Shown here: in pieces, positions 1-10,192 of the stretch
Layout of the letters: each line of letters begins with the position of its first letter
Numbering within the stretch: position 1 is the stretch's first letter
Position numbers and translations under genes: made by a program
Notes under the pieces: model-generated
The model's database searches: none
Told to the model about the DNA's origin: nothing
The model's input: only the letters and a program-made list of their open reading frames with translations
NCBI GenBank assembly: GCA_002104905.1
Contig: MCFE01000371.1
Location: 21,186-85,185 of the forward strand
Source of the DNA: Basidiobolus meristosporus CBS 931.73
Lineage: Eukaryota; Fungi; Basidiobolomycota
Length of the DNA: 64,000 nt
Direction of reading: 5' to 3'

Positions 1-42
1 CTCCGGTCCTCCTCCGCTTGCCCTCGATTCATAACACTCTCG

Positions 43-160
43 AGCATCGGCCATACATACCAGAAAATACCGGATCCCGTCCGATCTCCGAAGTCAAACT
101 GGTAATGGCCTAGTCAGTACTACGGTGGGGGACCACGTGGGAATACTAGGTGCTGATGTT
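43..160 (+). rRNA. 5S rRNA gene
   Basis: Typical 5S sequence (GGCCATAC...GATCCCGTCCGATCTCCGAAGTCAA...AGTACTACGGTGGGGGACCACGTGGGAATAC). The ends GCATCGGC/GCTGATGT pair as helix I and are followed by a T-run terminator; ~118 nt. Confidence 0.95.
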
Positions 161-354
161 TTCTTCCGAATTGCTCCACTACACAATACTCTTTTGCTTC
201 TGTTATGTGTGCGTGTGTCTGTTCTTCCTTTGCTACTGCTGTCTTTGGTATAAAAGAGTTTGCTTTCCAGATACAATGCTGCTCTCTATTCCCTAGTCAT
301 TATTGCTGAAGGGCAATTTTAGATAGTATATATAAGAAAGGGTTGTCGTATAAT

Positions 355-427
355 GCCTCCTTGGCTCAGTTGGCAGAGCGTCTGCCTAGTAAGCAGAAGG
401 TCGCTGGTTCGATTCCGGCAGAAGGCA
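355..427 (+). tRNA. tRNA-Thr(AGT)
   Basis: 73 nt cloverleaf with A box TGGCTCAGTTGG, anticodon loop CT-AGT-AA, B box GGTTCGATTCC, and downstream TTTT. Confidence 0.93.
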
Positions 428-620
428 TGTTTTACATGTTGAACCTTTTATACTTTTATACTTGTACAAGAAAATGTCTTTATTGTCTACTTCAAAGGGC
501 TGTGCTAAGCATCCAAATGTTCAAAACATTAAGTGGCCGTTGCCCATGTCATTTACTAAATCTGGCTTTGGCTCTTATGTGACTCTTGAGTAAAAGCAAG
601 CAAAATTACTCCAAAAGCAA

Positions 621-703
621 TGAAGAGAGTGGGATTCGAACCCACGCCTCCGAAGAGATCACGGCCTTAACGTGACGCCTTAGACCAACTCGGCCATCTC
701 TCC
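621..703 (-). tRNA. tRNA-Leu(AAG)
   Basis: Reverse complement GGAGAGATGGCCGAGTTGGTCTAAGGCG TCACG-TTAAGGC-CGTGA, long variable arm, GGTTCGAATCC; 83 nt. Confidence 0.95.
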
Positions 704-942
704 ATTCTTGTGGTTTGTTTACCATCGTTCTAAATGTCAATTTAACTTACCCGCCATTTAGATCAAAATCTATTGCTCGCCGTTGGTGGCTTAGTCAGGT
801 AAGTGCAATTATAGGAGCTCTCCACGTACCTGCTGTCTCATTATAGACTTTTTTTGTAACGCAGTTGATTAACAAGCTAGTAACGGTGCTATTGTACAAT
901 TTATCTCCATATTATATTTTAAATCAGGATCAAATAACAAAA

Positions 943-1027
943 CCGAACATAGCTCAGTTGGTAGAGCGGAAGACTGTAGTGTTATATAGCAATCTTTAGG
1001 TCCCTGGTTCAAATCCGGGTGTTCGGA
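943..1027 (+). tRNA. tRNA-Tyr(GTA) with 12-nt intron (~980-991)
   Basis: C1:G72 acceptor stem CCGAACA/TGTTCGG, GAAGA-CTGTAG, intron after position 37, GGTTCAAATCC. Confidence 0.93.
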
Positions 1028-1317
1028 ATTTTTGGTTTGTGCAAACCCTATTCCTACGGGTATCACTTGTGGGTAGAGCCTTGCAGCAAAGGCTCGCCTT
1101 TTTCTTGTTGGATGTGGCTCTTTACATACGATATTTGCAATACTTTATGTTATTGCTTTACCACCGTATCTGCAATGGTTTTAAGAAATATTGGCCCTTC
1201 CCATAGTGCATTGCCCTAAGTATACAATTTTTGCTTTGTTGCCCCTGAACGATTGCTTCCTTTTTGATACTTGTTGGTGGGAATACCGGTTGCCAGGGAA
1301 AACAAAATATAAAAATG

Positions 1318-1391
1318 CGCTCCTGGGTGGGCTTGAACCACCAACCTCCTGATTAACAGTCAGACGCGCTAGCCAATTGCGCCACAAGAGC
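1318..1391 (-). tRNA. tRNA-Asn(GTT)
   Basis: Reverse complement GCTCTTGTGGCGCAATTGGCTAGCGCG TCTGA-CTGTTAA-TCAGG ...GGTTCAAGCC...AGGAGCG; 74 nt. Confidence 0.94.
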
Positions 1392-1702
1392 TTCAACTGA
1401 CAAACGTTGGTTTCTCAAAATACTTGTATCAGTGTTCATCTTGGTTGATAGAAGCATTTGCATAAAACTAGCTTAGCAAGGATTCTCTGGATGGTGCACC
1501 TGCCTCCCAAAGTCAGCCATATCAGTATGTTCTATGCCGGGTGGATTCCCTAACCCGACGGTTTCCATAATTCTTTGAAGCATCACGGAAATCATCTTTT
1601 AAGCGTTTGATAACCACTGTAGAATGGCAAACTCCGACCATATAGGAAACCAACACTTGACAAAAACGACATATTCCATTAAAACTTTGTACACTCAATA
1701 AG

Positions 1703-1775
1703 GCCCGGCTAGCTCAATCGGTAGAGCGTGAGACTCTTAATCTCAAGGTTGTGGGTTCGACCCCCACGTTGGGTG
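1703..1775 (+). tRNA. tRNA-Lys(CTT)
   Basis: GCCCGGCTAGCTCAATCGGTAGAGCG TGAGA-CTCTTAA-TCTCA; 73 nt; G1:U72 pair. Confidence 0.92.
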
Positions 1776-1917
1776 ATGTATATTTTTTATTCTTTGTTTT
1801 TCACTTTCCTGGAATTGAGCAATAATTTTTGTGTTTTGAACGGTTGTCTGTATATGATATTTAAGCCGGATAGTGATATGGAAGAATGAAACAATGAATC
1901 CCAATAGAGTAATTATT

Positions 1918-1989
1918 GGACGTATAGCTCAGTGGTAGAGCAATTGACTGCAGATCAATAGGTCGGTGGTTCAAATCCGCCTGCGTCCT
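1918..1989 (+). tRNA. tRNA-Cys(GCA)
   Basis: GGACGTA/TGCGTCC acceptor stem, ATTGA-CTGCAGA-TCAAT anticodon arm, U73 discriminator; 72 nt. Confidence 0.94.
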
Positions 1990-2109
1990 CATCTTTTTTG
2001 CTAATTGAAGCGTTCATTAAAATACAATTTCGCCTAGCCACCAATTACATCTACTCACATAAATATAGCATTCAAAAGATTGATGAAATTCATTTAGAAT
2101 AATCCAAAA

Positions 2110-2182
2110 TGGAGGACCTGGGTATCGATCCCAGTGCCTCTCGCATGCTAAGCGAGCGCTCTACCATCTGAGCTAGACCCCC
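2110..2182 (-). tRNA. tRNA-Ala(AGC)
   Basis: Reverse complement GGGGGTCTAGCTCAGATGGTAGAGCG CTCGC-TTAGCAT-GCGAG ...GATCGATAC...TCCTCCA, with the G3:U70 alanine identity pair. Confidence 0.95.
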
Positions 2183-2572
2183 ATATATATACACCTCGGT
2201 GGAAAACCACTTATCTTTTTTAATTCTTCAATAGATGTACTCGCATGGCAAAGAAAATACTGGCTAGCATTGAATTGAGGACCCTGTTAACAATGGTAAT
2301 GTGTATGTCTCTTATTATCAACTTTGTGCGATCAAGGGGGCATTCATTGATGTATGACTGATGGCTATTTTGGAGCATTTTTGTTATCCACACTACAGAT
2401 GCTTTTGTTTCTTTCGGTTTGTTAATAGAAATCTCTCTGTGGCTACGCTATTAAGAGCTTCTGCCGTTTTCCCATATATAGCGCAATCTAGAAGTACACT
2501 AAATGTGAAAAGTAATCAAGCCTAACAGATCAGATTTCCGTATTTTCTAAGACGGTTGTTTGCACTGGTACT

Positions 2573-2644
2573 GGCTCAATGGTTTAGTGGTATAATTCTC
2601 CCTTAGGGTGGGAGAGGTCCTGGGTTCAATTCCCAGTTGAGCCC
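2573..2644 (+). tRNA. tRNA-Pro(AGG)
   Basis: GGCTCAA/TTGAGCC acceptor stem, CTCCC-TTAGGGT-GGGAG anticodon arm; 72 nt. Confidence 0.94.
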
Positions 2645-2679
2645 TTCTTTTGTTTGTTTTCCTGTCAAAATGGATTGTT

Positions 2680-4475
2680 AGTAAGAATGGGGTACTCTGA
2701 GCTGCAGCAGCAATTAATGTTGTGGATTCCCCTTGGTAATTCTTGATTGACAAGTAATGTAAAAATGCAATTTTTCCATCACAACAGAGCCCATCCTCCA
2801 AAGTTAAGCATCTGTTGTGGGCACATATCTTGAGTTTTCAGCTGTAACTTTTGTTCCAAGTCTGCCAAAATAATACTACAGTTTGTCCAAGTGTCTATAA
2901 CAACCAGATATTGCTTCTTGTTGATACTTATAAGTATTTGTGCTACCTGAATATCCTCTTGTGGTTGTTCCTCAGCCTTTTCTTGTATATTATTCATATG
3001 TTGCTCCATGTGGTTTAACTCTTGCTTCAACATAGGCTACTTTAAAAGACTTCAAATTGGAACAGGGATTTCCTGATTCCTTATTTGGTTTGCAACTTGG
3101 GTGACATCCATTAGTGTTGTTATGCCAGATGGTTTTATTGTTCCCCCTCCAGTTTCTATTATCATGCATTCCATTTTTGGGGATTCATCCTTTGTATCCA
3201 TTGACTTTTTTCTAACATATATATAGAATCTGTCATGTCTTCTACTATGTTGACTTTGGAATGGCTCCTATATTTGCCTTCCTCTTGCAAGGTATTTCCT
3301 TCTCTTTGTGTATTTGCTACTACAGTTGGTACTAACTTGAAATAAGGACAATTCCTCAAGATATGTCTGGGTTCTCCACAACCAAAGCATCTTTGTTCCC
3401 TTCTTGGAGGGTTGTGGTTTGAACTGGGGATAGAACTAGAATTTGTCTTCTGACTGGCTAACAAATTAAGTTCCATTCAATCAAATTTAGCTGCCAGTTT
3501 ATCCAGTTGACTATCCCATGATGTTGTTGGTGGAGTTAATAATAGTGCATGTGTTTTCTCATTGATATTCTCCCTTGTAGGGCCTCCTAGACATTGTTCC
3601 TCCTCCTCAGCAAAAGCAATTGCTTCACCCAGAGTTGTGGGTCTACATTTTCTGACCTCCATCTGGATCTCAGAGTGAAGAACATTGAGAAACTTTGATC
3701 TTATCTTCCTCCAGTGAGTATCCCAACCTTGCAAATAATCTTAATACTTATGTGGCAATTTCTGCTACTGATTCATCTTTCTGTCATAAATTCATCAGGT
3801 TTGACACCATGCATCCATTTGTGCCATTGTGACATATTTTTCCTTGAATCTTTGCTTAATGGTTTCCCAATCTGTCAAAAGCCCTTCACTTTCTTCTTAC
3901 CTAGTAGCTGCTAGTTCCTTCATGTAAGCACCTGCAATTGTTGGAAGATCTGCTAGATCCCATCAATTTGCCTTTTGACTTACTTCACATTCCTGTAGCC
4001 AAGCAATAGGATATTTGGTCTGATATCCCAAGAAATTGCTAATTGTGACCAGTCTTTGTTCCCATTGTAGCATGGACATCTTCTGTTCTTTTTGTAAGAG
4101 ATAGATTCCTTTTGTTTAATACTACCCCCTGCTGTGAGCACTAATTCTGTTATGTACTTAAAGAGTAATGTCCTTTAGAGAGTACAAAAAGGGATAATAT
4201 GTATGTTATCTTGTAGATTTGACAGGGTAGTGTAAGAATATCTCTTTAAAAGGTTAGGGTGTTGACCTTGTAGAAATATATTTAAGCTAGTTTTTGCTCC
4301 CACTATGCTTTTCTGCCTATAACCAAAAACTCCCTTTTTACTTAGTTGCTTGTTTGATATTTATACCTTACTGTGAGTCTGGTGATTTGTCTTTGATTTG
4401 CTTTTCCCTGACTACTAAGTTGTCTTTGTATGTGTTGATGTCACTTAACATCAAGTGACTCTTTACTCTGTAACA
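2680..4475 (-). mobile_element. 3'-truncated degenerate Ty3/Gypsy element (putative 5' LTR 4148-4475, gag, protease)
   Basis: Broken ORFs contain a CCHC knuckle (CFGCGEPRHILRNC), gag-like EVRKCRPTTLGEAIAFAEEEE and protease-like YLVVIDTW. Inverted termini TGTTA (4148) and TAACA (4475). Related copy at ~8330-9200. Confidence 0.8.
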
Positions 4476-4485
4476 ACTCAATAAG

Positions 4486-4558
4486 GCCTGGCTAGCTCAA
4501 TTGGTAGAGCATGAGACTCTTAATCTTAAGGTTGTGGGTTTGACCCCCACATTGGGTG
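4486..4558 (+). pseudogene. tRNA-Lys(CTT) pseudogene
   Basis: Copy of 1703-1775 with B box TTCGA changed to TTTGA and other CpG transitions. Confidence 0.9.
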
Positions 4559-4700
4559 ATGTATATTTTTTATTCTTTGTTTTTAACTTTCCTGGAATTG
4601 AGCAATAATATTTGTGTTTTGAATGGTTGTCTGTATATGATATTTAAGCCAGATAGTGATATGGAAGAATGAAACAACAAATCCCAATAGAGTAATTATT

Positions 4701-4738
4701 GGACATATAGCTCAGTGGGTCAAATCCACCTGCATCCT
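4701..4738 (+). pseudogene. tRNA-Cys pseudogene with 34-nt internal deletion
   Basis: GGACATATAGCTCAGTGG joined to GTCAAATCCACCTGCATCCT; anticodon arm lost between GTGG microhomologies. Confidence 0.9.
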
Positions 4739-4858
4739 CATTTTTTTTGCTAATTGAAGCATTCATTAAAATACAATTTTGCCTAGCCACTAATTGCATC
4801 TACTCACATAAATATAGCATTCAAAAGATTGATGAAACTCATTTAGAATAATCCAAAA

Positions 4859-4931
4859 TGGAGGGCCGGAGTATTGATCCCAGTGCCTCTTGCATGCTAA
4901 GCAAGCACTCTACCATCTGAGCTGGACACCC
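4859..4931 (-). pseudogene. tRNA-Ala(AGC) pseudogene
   Basis: Copy of 2110-2182 with CpG transitions and stem-breaking changes. Confidence 0.9.
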
Positions 4932-4941
4932 ATATATATAC

Positions 4942-5176
4942 TGTTGAAGTATGTACTACCAAGGGTGTTAACCAGAGATTGGTGTTCAAAGGTTGAGGCT
5001 GGAAGGAAAGACTGCTTTATTTTCTAACATGTTTTGCTAATTTATACTTTGGTGAACTACATTTGCTATATGCATGTCTTAGCCATTTTGCCTAATTTTG
5101 GTAATACTCAATGGATGGTTCAGGGGTAGGTCTCCAGTTGTGATGGTTTGAAGATGCTGATGACCTTACCACAACA
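4942..5176. mobile_element. 235-bp solo-LTR-like insertion
   Basis: TGTTG...CAACA termini; absent from the intact copy at 2192; flanked by ATAC/ATGC (4-bp TSD with one mismatch). Confidence 0.75.
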
Positions 5177-5254
5177 ATGCACCTTGGTTGAAAACCACTT
5201 ATCTTTTTTAATTCTTCAAATTTTGTTGCCCATGTCATTTACTAAATTTGGCAA

Positions 5255-5480
5255 CTTTGTAAGTATTACACTGAAATCTGTAAAGTTGAGGTGATAGAAG
5301 TTTGTCAATTGCAGTTGGTGTGCACATATACAGAGGCTAATAGACTTGTTTGATTGTACCATGCCATGGTGTGTAGCATAGAGTTTGGTTGTTTAGAACA
5401 ATTGGGTGTAATATTGTAGCTACCAGTAGGCAGGATTGCTCTTGGACCATTTTCATTTTATGGGACAATATTGCACACTA
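5255..5480 (+). mobile_element. Fragment of a repeated gag-knuckle/protease-like retroelement family
   Basis: Shares the AAAGTTGAGGTGATAGA...TGCAG motif with 34340-34760 (-), 45850-46260 (+) and 47100-47520 (+). Confidence 0.55.
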
Positions 5481-6238
5481 TGGTACAATCTGACATTATT
5501 GATTTTTTGTACCTTTGATTTGTATTTCAAGGATCATGGCTTAAATGCTTTTTGAAATAACTATAAGATGTTTGTAACTTTCTTGTAATAAAATGCTTTT
5601 TTAAATTTTTTCAAAATTAGAAACTATTGATTTAAAAGCATTTGGCACTTACTTCAAAATCTTTAGAATCTTGTGTGCAGCAATAATAATCTGATAGTAC
5701 AGAATTTTCTTAGATGACCACTTTTATTTTTTAGAGCAAATATATATCTAGATGATAATATCTTAATTTTGAAAGAAATTTCCAACACCTACTTTGATGT
5801 TGGTTAAGACTTTTTTATGTAGCCATTTTTGGGTTAAGCCAGACTTTTCCAGCTGCTAAATATTTAACCTAGTTTGAATGAAGCTTTTTCCCAATAATAA
5901 ACTTTTGATTTCAACAAAAGCTATTTCCAAGATGTAAAATTCTCTTAAGCTCTTTTAGTTTTCACCAAAAATACTTTTAAGATGTGAGAAGTCTCTAGAC
6001 AACAAGCTGTGTCACATGTATAGTGAATATTTTCAGTATGATAAGAGTTTTTTAAATCTAACCAAAAATATTTCCAAGATGCTAAAAGTTTTGAGATGAC
6101 AAGCTTGGGCTAAGATCAAGCAAGTATTTAAAGTATTGACCAATGCAGATATATCATACAAAAAAGTATTTGGATAAAAAAATGATTGACATAAAGTTTG
6201 TAAAAAAGAATTTTTGGTCCAACAACTAACCTTTGATT

Positions 6239-6587
6239 TGTTGTAAAAATTCGTATTTCCACCTAAATAGTCACCTAACTTAGTCACTTAGATCATCACC
6301 TTCAAATCCTAGAGAATACTGACCAAATTCCTTGTCGGGATTTACTTAGAATATTTTCACCAAAATACCAGGTACCCAGAGCATCAAAATTCTCAAAGTT
6401 GGCCAAACAGCCCCAAACTTTGCACACATGTTCTTGGGACCTTCCTTAACCTATTCTACGTGTTTGTAATGCCAAGATCAGGTAAAAGTATAAATACTAC
6501 TTTTACATTCAATAAATCATTAAGTGAAAACCACATAATCTACTTGTTCTCCAAATCACTTCCAATATCTCCAAGACTCTTACAACA
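6239..6587 (+). mobile_element. Copia solo LTR (349 bp), TSD TGATT
   Basis: TGTTGTAA...TTACAACA termini; near-identical to the LTR at 35327-35675; TGATT on both flanks. Confidence 0.95.
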
Positions 6588-7399
6588 TGATTCACCACCC
6601 TTACATATATAAGCCATTACATTCTTGTTTGTACTATAGGTCTTGCTTTTTTCATGCTACAATTATCTTCTCACAACTTCACCCAATTAGTTAACTTATC
6701 CTTTTTAGAAACCCCACACTGAAAACACCAATGATACAAGAAGCATATGACTGGGCAGAACTACTACCTGGACACTTGGAATCAAGAATTTTTTCTCCAC
6801 AGACTATACTAGAAATCCAAAGAAAAGTGACAGAAAACAGCAGATAACCCACTGAAGACCATGAGGTAGTCTACAAGGTAGTAGAGTAATATATATATCC
6901 CACAGACAAGTTTATTTATATAGTTGTTATAGTTCATTTGTCAGTATTTATCTTATCAGTATTATCTCATTCTGCTTTGCCCATATTATCAGTATTATCC
7001 CTATATGATATTCACCATGATGTGTTGTTGGCATTAGTTATCCCAACTGTTATTCAGCTTTGTGATCTGCAGATGTATTTACATTAGGCAGGTATCCATA
7101 TCAGTACCCACAACATATGATCTATATCTGTATAACCATCTCTAGCATTGAGAACTATATATGGTTTATCTATGCCATAGGTGATTCAAACTACTGATCC
7201 CTGATTATTTGGATGTATTGTGCCTTTTAGTACCTTCTAGAACCTTCTCAAAGTATTTTGAGCTCAAAGTGATGTCATCATAAGTATAAATGATGCCTGA
7301 AATCTTCTATAACCTTGTCATTAGTAATTACTTGGCCATCTGGAAATGTATTTAAGGGAAGTCAATATCCCATCAATAAATCATCTCTCTATCAGTGAC

Positions 7400-8320
7400 A
7401 GTGGCCCCTCATTGATTAGTAGCTAATCACTGCACCAATCTTCAGCAATTACACCTTGCACTATGCATAAAGGAGCTTCTCACAGTAGTGCACAAGACAC
7501 ACAGAGGTCTTTGGAGACACTTGGAGCACCTAGGATGCCAGAGAAGCTGGTGCTTTTACCAGAGTGACATATTGACAGAGACACTGCAGTTTAGACCCAG
7601 ATATTATTGCCCCCATCAGACACCTCACACCCTGTGAGTTGTGTACCTTCTCCCACATGTACCTCTACACCACCACAACAAGAAAGCTAGTGCAGGAAAT
7701 GTATCATATGTACCATTTGTCATGAGAGCAGACTTGATAGCCAAGTACCAACATGGATTTGGACATCTGGGGTCAAGGGACCACACAAATAGTATCTAGA
7801 AATGTTTAGTGACCCAGAATGTCAGAAGACATAAAGCACCTTGCCCATAGTGGCCAAGAGTGCCAGCTCACCCAAAATGCTCAGCTGAACAACTTGCAAA
7901 TGTACCCTATACCACCTGACAAACCATTTCACAGATGGCCACTTGACTTCATTAGGATTTTGCCCAAAACAAGTTCTAGAAAGTAGTATGTCCTGGTGAG
8001 GATTGTTTGTTGTACTAAATGGCAGTTTCAAGAGCACTCAAAGAAGCAAGCCAAAACAAAATAGCCTGGCTCATATATGAGGAAATAGTGATGCAGTATG
8101 GAGGCCCAGCCAAGATTTTGACAGACAGAGGTGCCAATTTCATTGCAAAATATTCTGGGACACCACTAGGAGTTACTGAACATCACTACCTCCAGACTTT
8201 GGCCTACCATCTACAGACTAATGGAGTCATAGAGATACTCAATGGACTCTTTGGAAGAATGCCAACTAAACACTGTAAAGGAGCTATACATAAATGGGAT
8301 CTACTACTGCAGAATTAGTT
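7400..8320 (+). mobile_element. Degenerate Ty3/Gypsy pol remnant (integrase core)
   Basis: ORF 8019-8318 YEEIVMQYGGPAKILTDRGANF...YHLQTNGVIEILN resembles the rve core; upstream frames are broken. Confidence 0.8.
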
Positions 8321-8329
8321 GACATAAAG

Positions 8330-9200
8330 AAAAAACTGTAAATATATTTACATGATGCATTTTCTTACTCACATGTCCCTTGCCTGACCTCCTATATATG
8401 GCTCCATCTCCTTGGTAAAAGCTTTTGCTTCACACAGAGCTGTGGGTTTACATTTTCTGGCCTCCAATTAGGCCCTATGTAGAATAGTATCAAGAACTCT
8501 TAGATCCTATCTTTATCCAAAGAGCTTGAAATCTTGAGAGCAGTATCAATACTTCTGTGATAGTTTCTGCTATTGATTCATCATTGTCTAATAAATCCCT
8601 CACATTTGCCACCATGCATCAGTTCTTGCCATTGTAGCATATATTTCTTTCAATCATTGCTAAAAGGCTCCCATTGTGTTAAAGGTTTTTTGTTTTCTTT
8701 GTACCAAGAAGCTGTCAGATCCTTTATATAAGCACTTGATATCACTGAATGATCCCATCAATTTGCCTTTTGACTGACTTCACATTCCCATAGCCAAGCA
8801 ATAAGATCTGTGGTCTGGTAATCCAAGAAATCACTGATTGTGACCAATCTTTGTTCCTGTTATAGTATGATAATCACCTGTTTGTCTTTTAAGAGATGGA
8901 ATCTTTTTGCTTAGTATTACCCCTGCTTTGAGTACCAGTTCTGTTTCATGCTTACAGAGCATTATCCTTTAGGGAATATGGAAGTAAATAGTGGGAATGT
9001 GTCATGTAGATTTGACAGGGTTATGTAAGAATATCTCTTAAAAGACCAGGATGGTGAATTGTAGATTTCTTTCAAGGTAGTAGTCTCTTGTACTGTTCTT
9101 CCTACTTTGAACCAAACATGTTGTTCATTTGATTGTTTGATTGGTATTTATACCTTATTTTATGTCTAATGATTTGTCTCTATTAATTGAGCCAGCTGGA
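8330..9200 (-). mobile_element. Degenerate Gypsy gag/LTR remnant, same family as 2680-4475
   Basis: Shared blocks such as GATCCCATCAATTTGCCTTTTGACT and GTAGATTTGACAGGGT...TAAGAATATCTCT. Confidence 0.75.
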
Positions 9201-9663
9201 ATTCTCTAAGCTGTGTAGACAATGATAGTGAGTGAGTCAAATCAATATTTATGTGTGACCACAAAAAATGCATCAATTAGCAATGTTGGTCTCTGCTTTG
9301 ATATATTCAAAACAAATGCAAGAAGGATATTGGGCAGTAGCTGATAAGCTTTGTGAGGATCTAGGTGATCAGGGTAATGCAAGTTTTTAGATGCAAATAC
9401 CATGTTAACAGCATTATCCAAGAGTAACTGAGATGTCTTGAAGCTAGATTCACTTTGTGTAATACTCACTACTTTGCTGTGTTTCAGTTGAGCATGATAA
9501 TGGGAGCTTGCAGGTGACTTGCTGTACAAAAAAAAGCTTGTGGTTTGGCTCATAGCTTTATTGAGTTGAGATGATAGTTTTTAATGTTGGTATGTACTTT
9601 GTAAAAACAGATGGGAATGCCAAAAAGTTTATTCATTTTAGCAACTCCAAGAAGTTTGGTAAC

Positions 9664-9995
9664 TGTTGTAAAAGTTTGTAATTCCACCTAAATATTCACC
9701 TGACTTAGTCACTTAGATCATTACCTTCAAATCTCAGAGAATACTGACCAAAATCCTTGTTGGGATTTACTTAGAATAGTTACCCAGAACATGAAAATTA
9801 GATAAGTTGTTCAAACAGCCCCAAACTTTGCACACATGTTCTTGGGACCTTCCTAAACCTATTCTACATGTTTGTTATGCCAGGACCATGTAAAAGTATA
9901 AATACTACTTTTACATTCAATAAGTCATTAAGTGAAAACCACATAATCTACTTGTTCTCCCAATCACTTCCAATATCTCCAAGACTCTTACAACA
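9664..9995 (+). mobile_element. Copia solo LTR (332 bp, small internal deletion), TSD GTAAC
   Basis: Same LTR family as 6239; GTAAC on both flanks. Confidence 0.95.
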
Positions 9996-10192
9996 GTAAC
10001 TACCAATATTTTCACTATTCATAGTAATTATGTTGCAAGGAATTTACCAATTCTAAGTAAACATTGATGGCACAGCTAAGAGAATGCCATATCTCCTCAA
10101 TTAAAAGTAAATTTATTTGTATAGAATAGCAAATCATACATACTTCGAGCCTATGTTCAAAAGGAAGGATGTAAGCATTGGAGGAAGGGGGT

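Larger units (their letters stand above)
4476..5219 (+). repeat. Decayed direct duplicate of ~1693-2230 (Lys-Cys-Ala part of the cluster, with spacers)
   Basis: Colinear base-by-base match including intergenic spacers; CpGs converted to TG/CA; interrupted by an insertion at 4942-5176. Confidence 0.95.

Noticed and set aside
1041-1103. Hairpin GAGCCTT/AAGGCTC followed by T5 between tRNA-Tyr and tRNA-Asn
   Set aside because: Only a 7-bp stem, with no A/B box and no recognisable ncRNA family; needs an Rfam search.
5500-6238. AT-rich stretch (also ~9200-9660) with short ORFs, possibly DNA-transposon debris
   Set aside because: No TIRs, TSDs or catalytic motifs could be identified.
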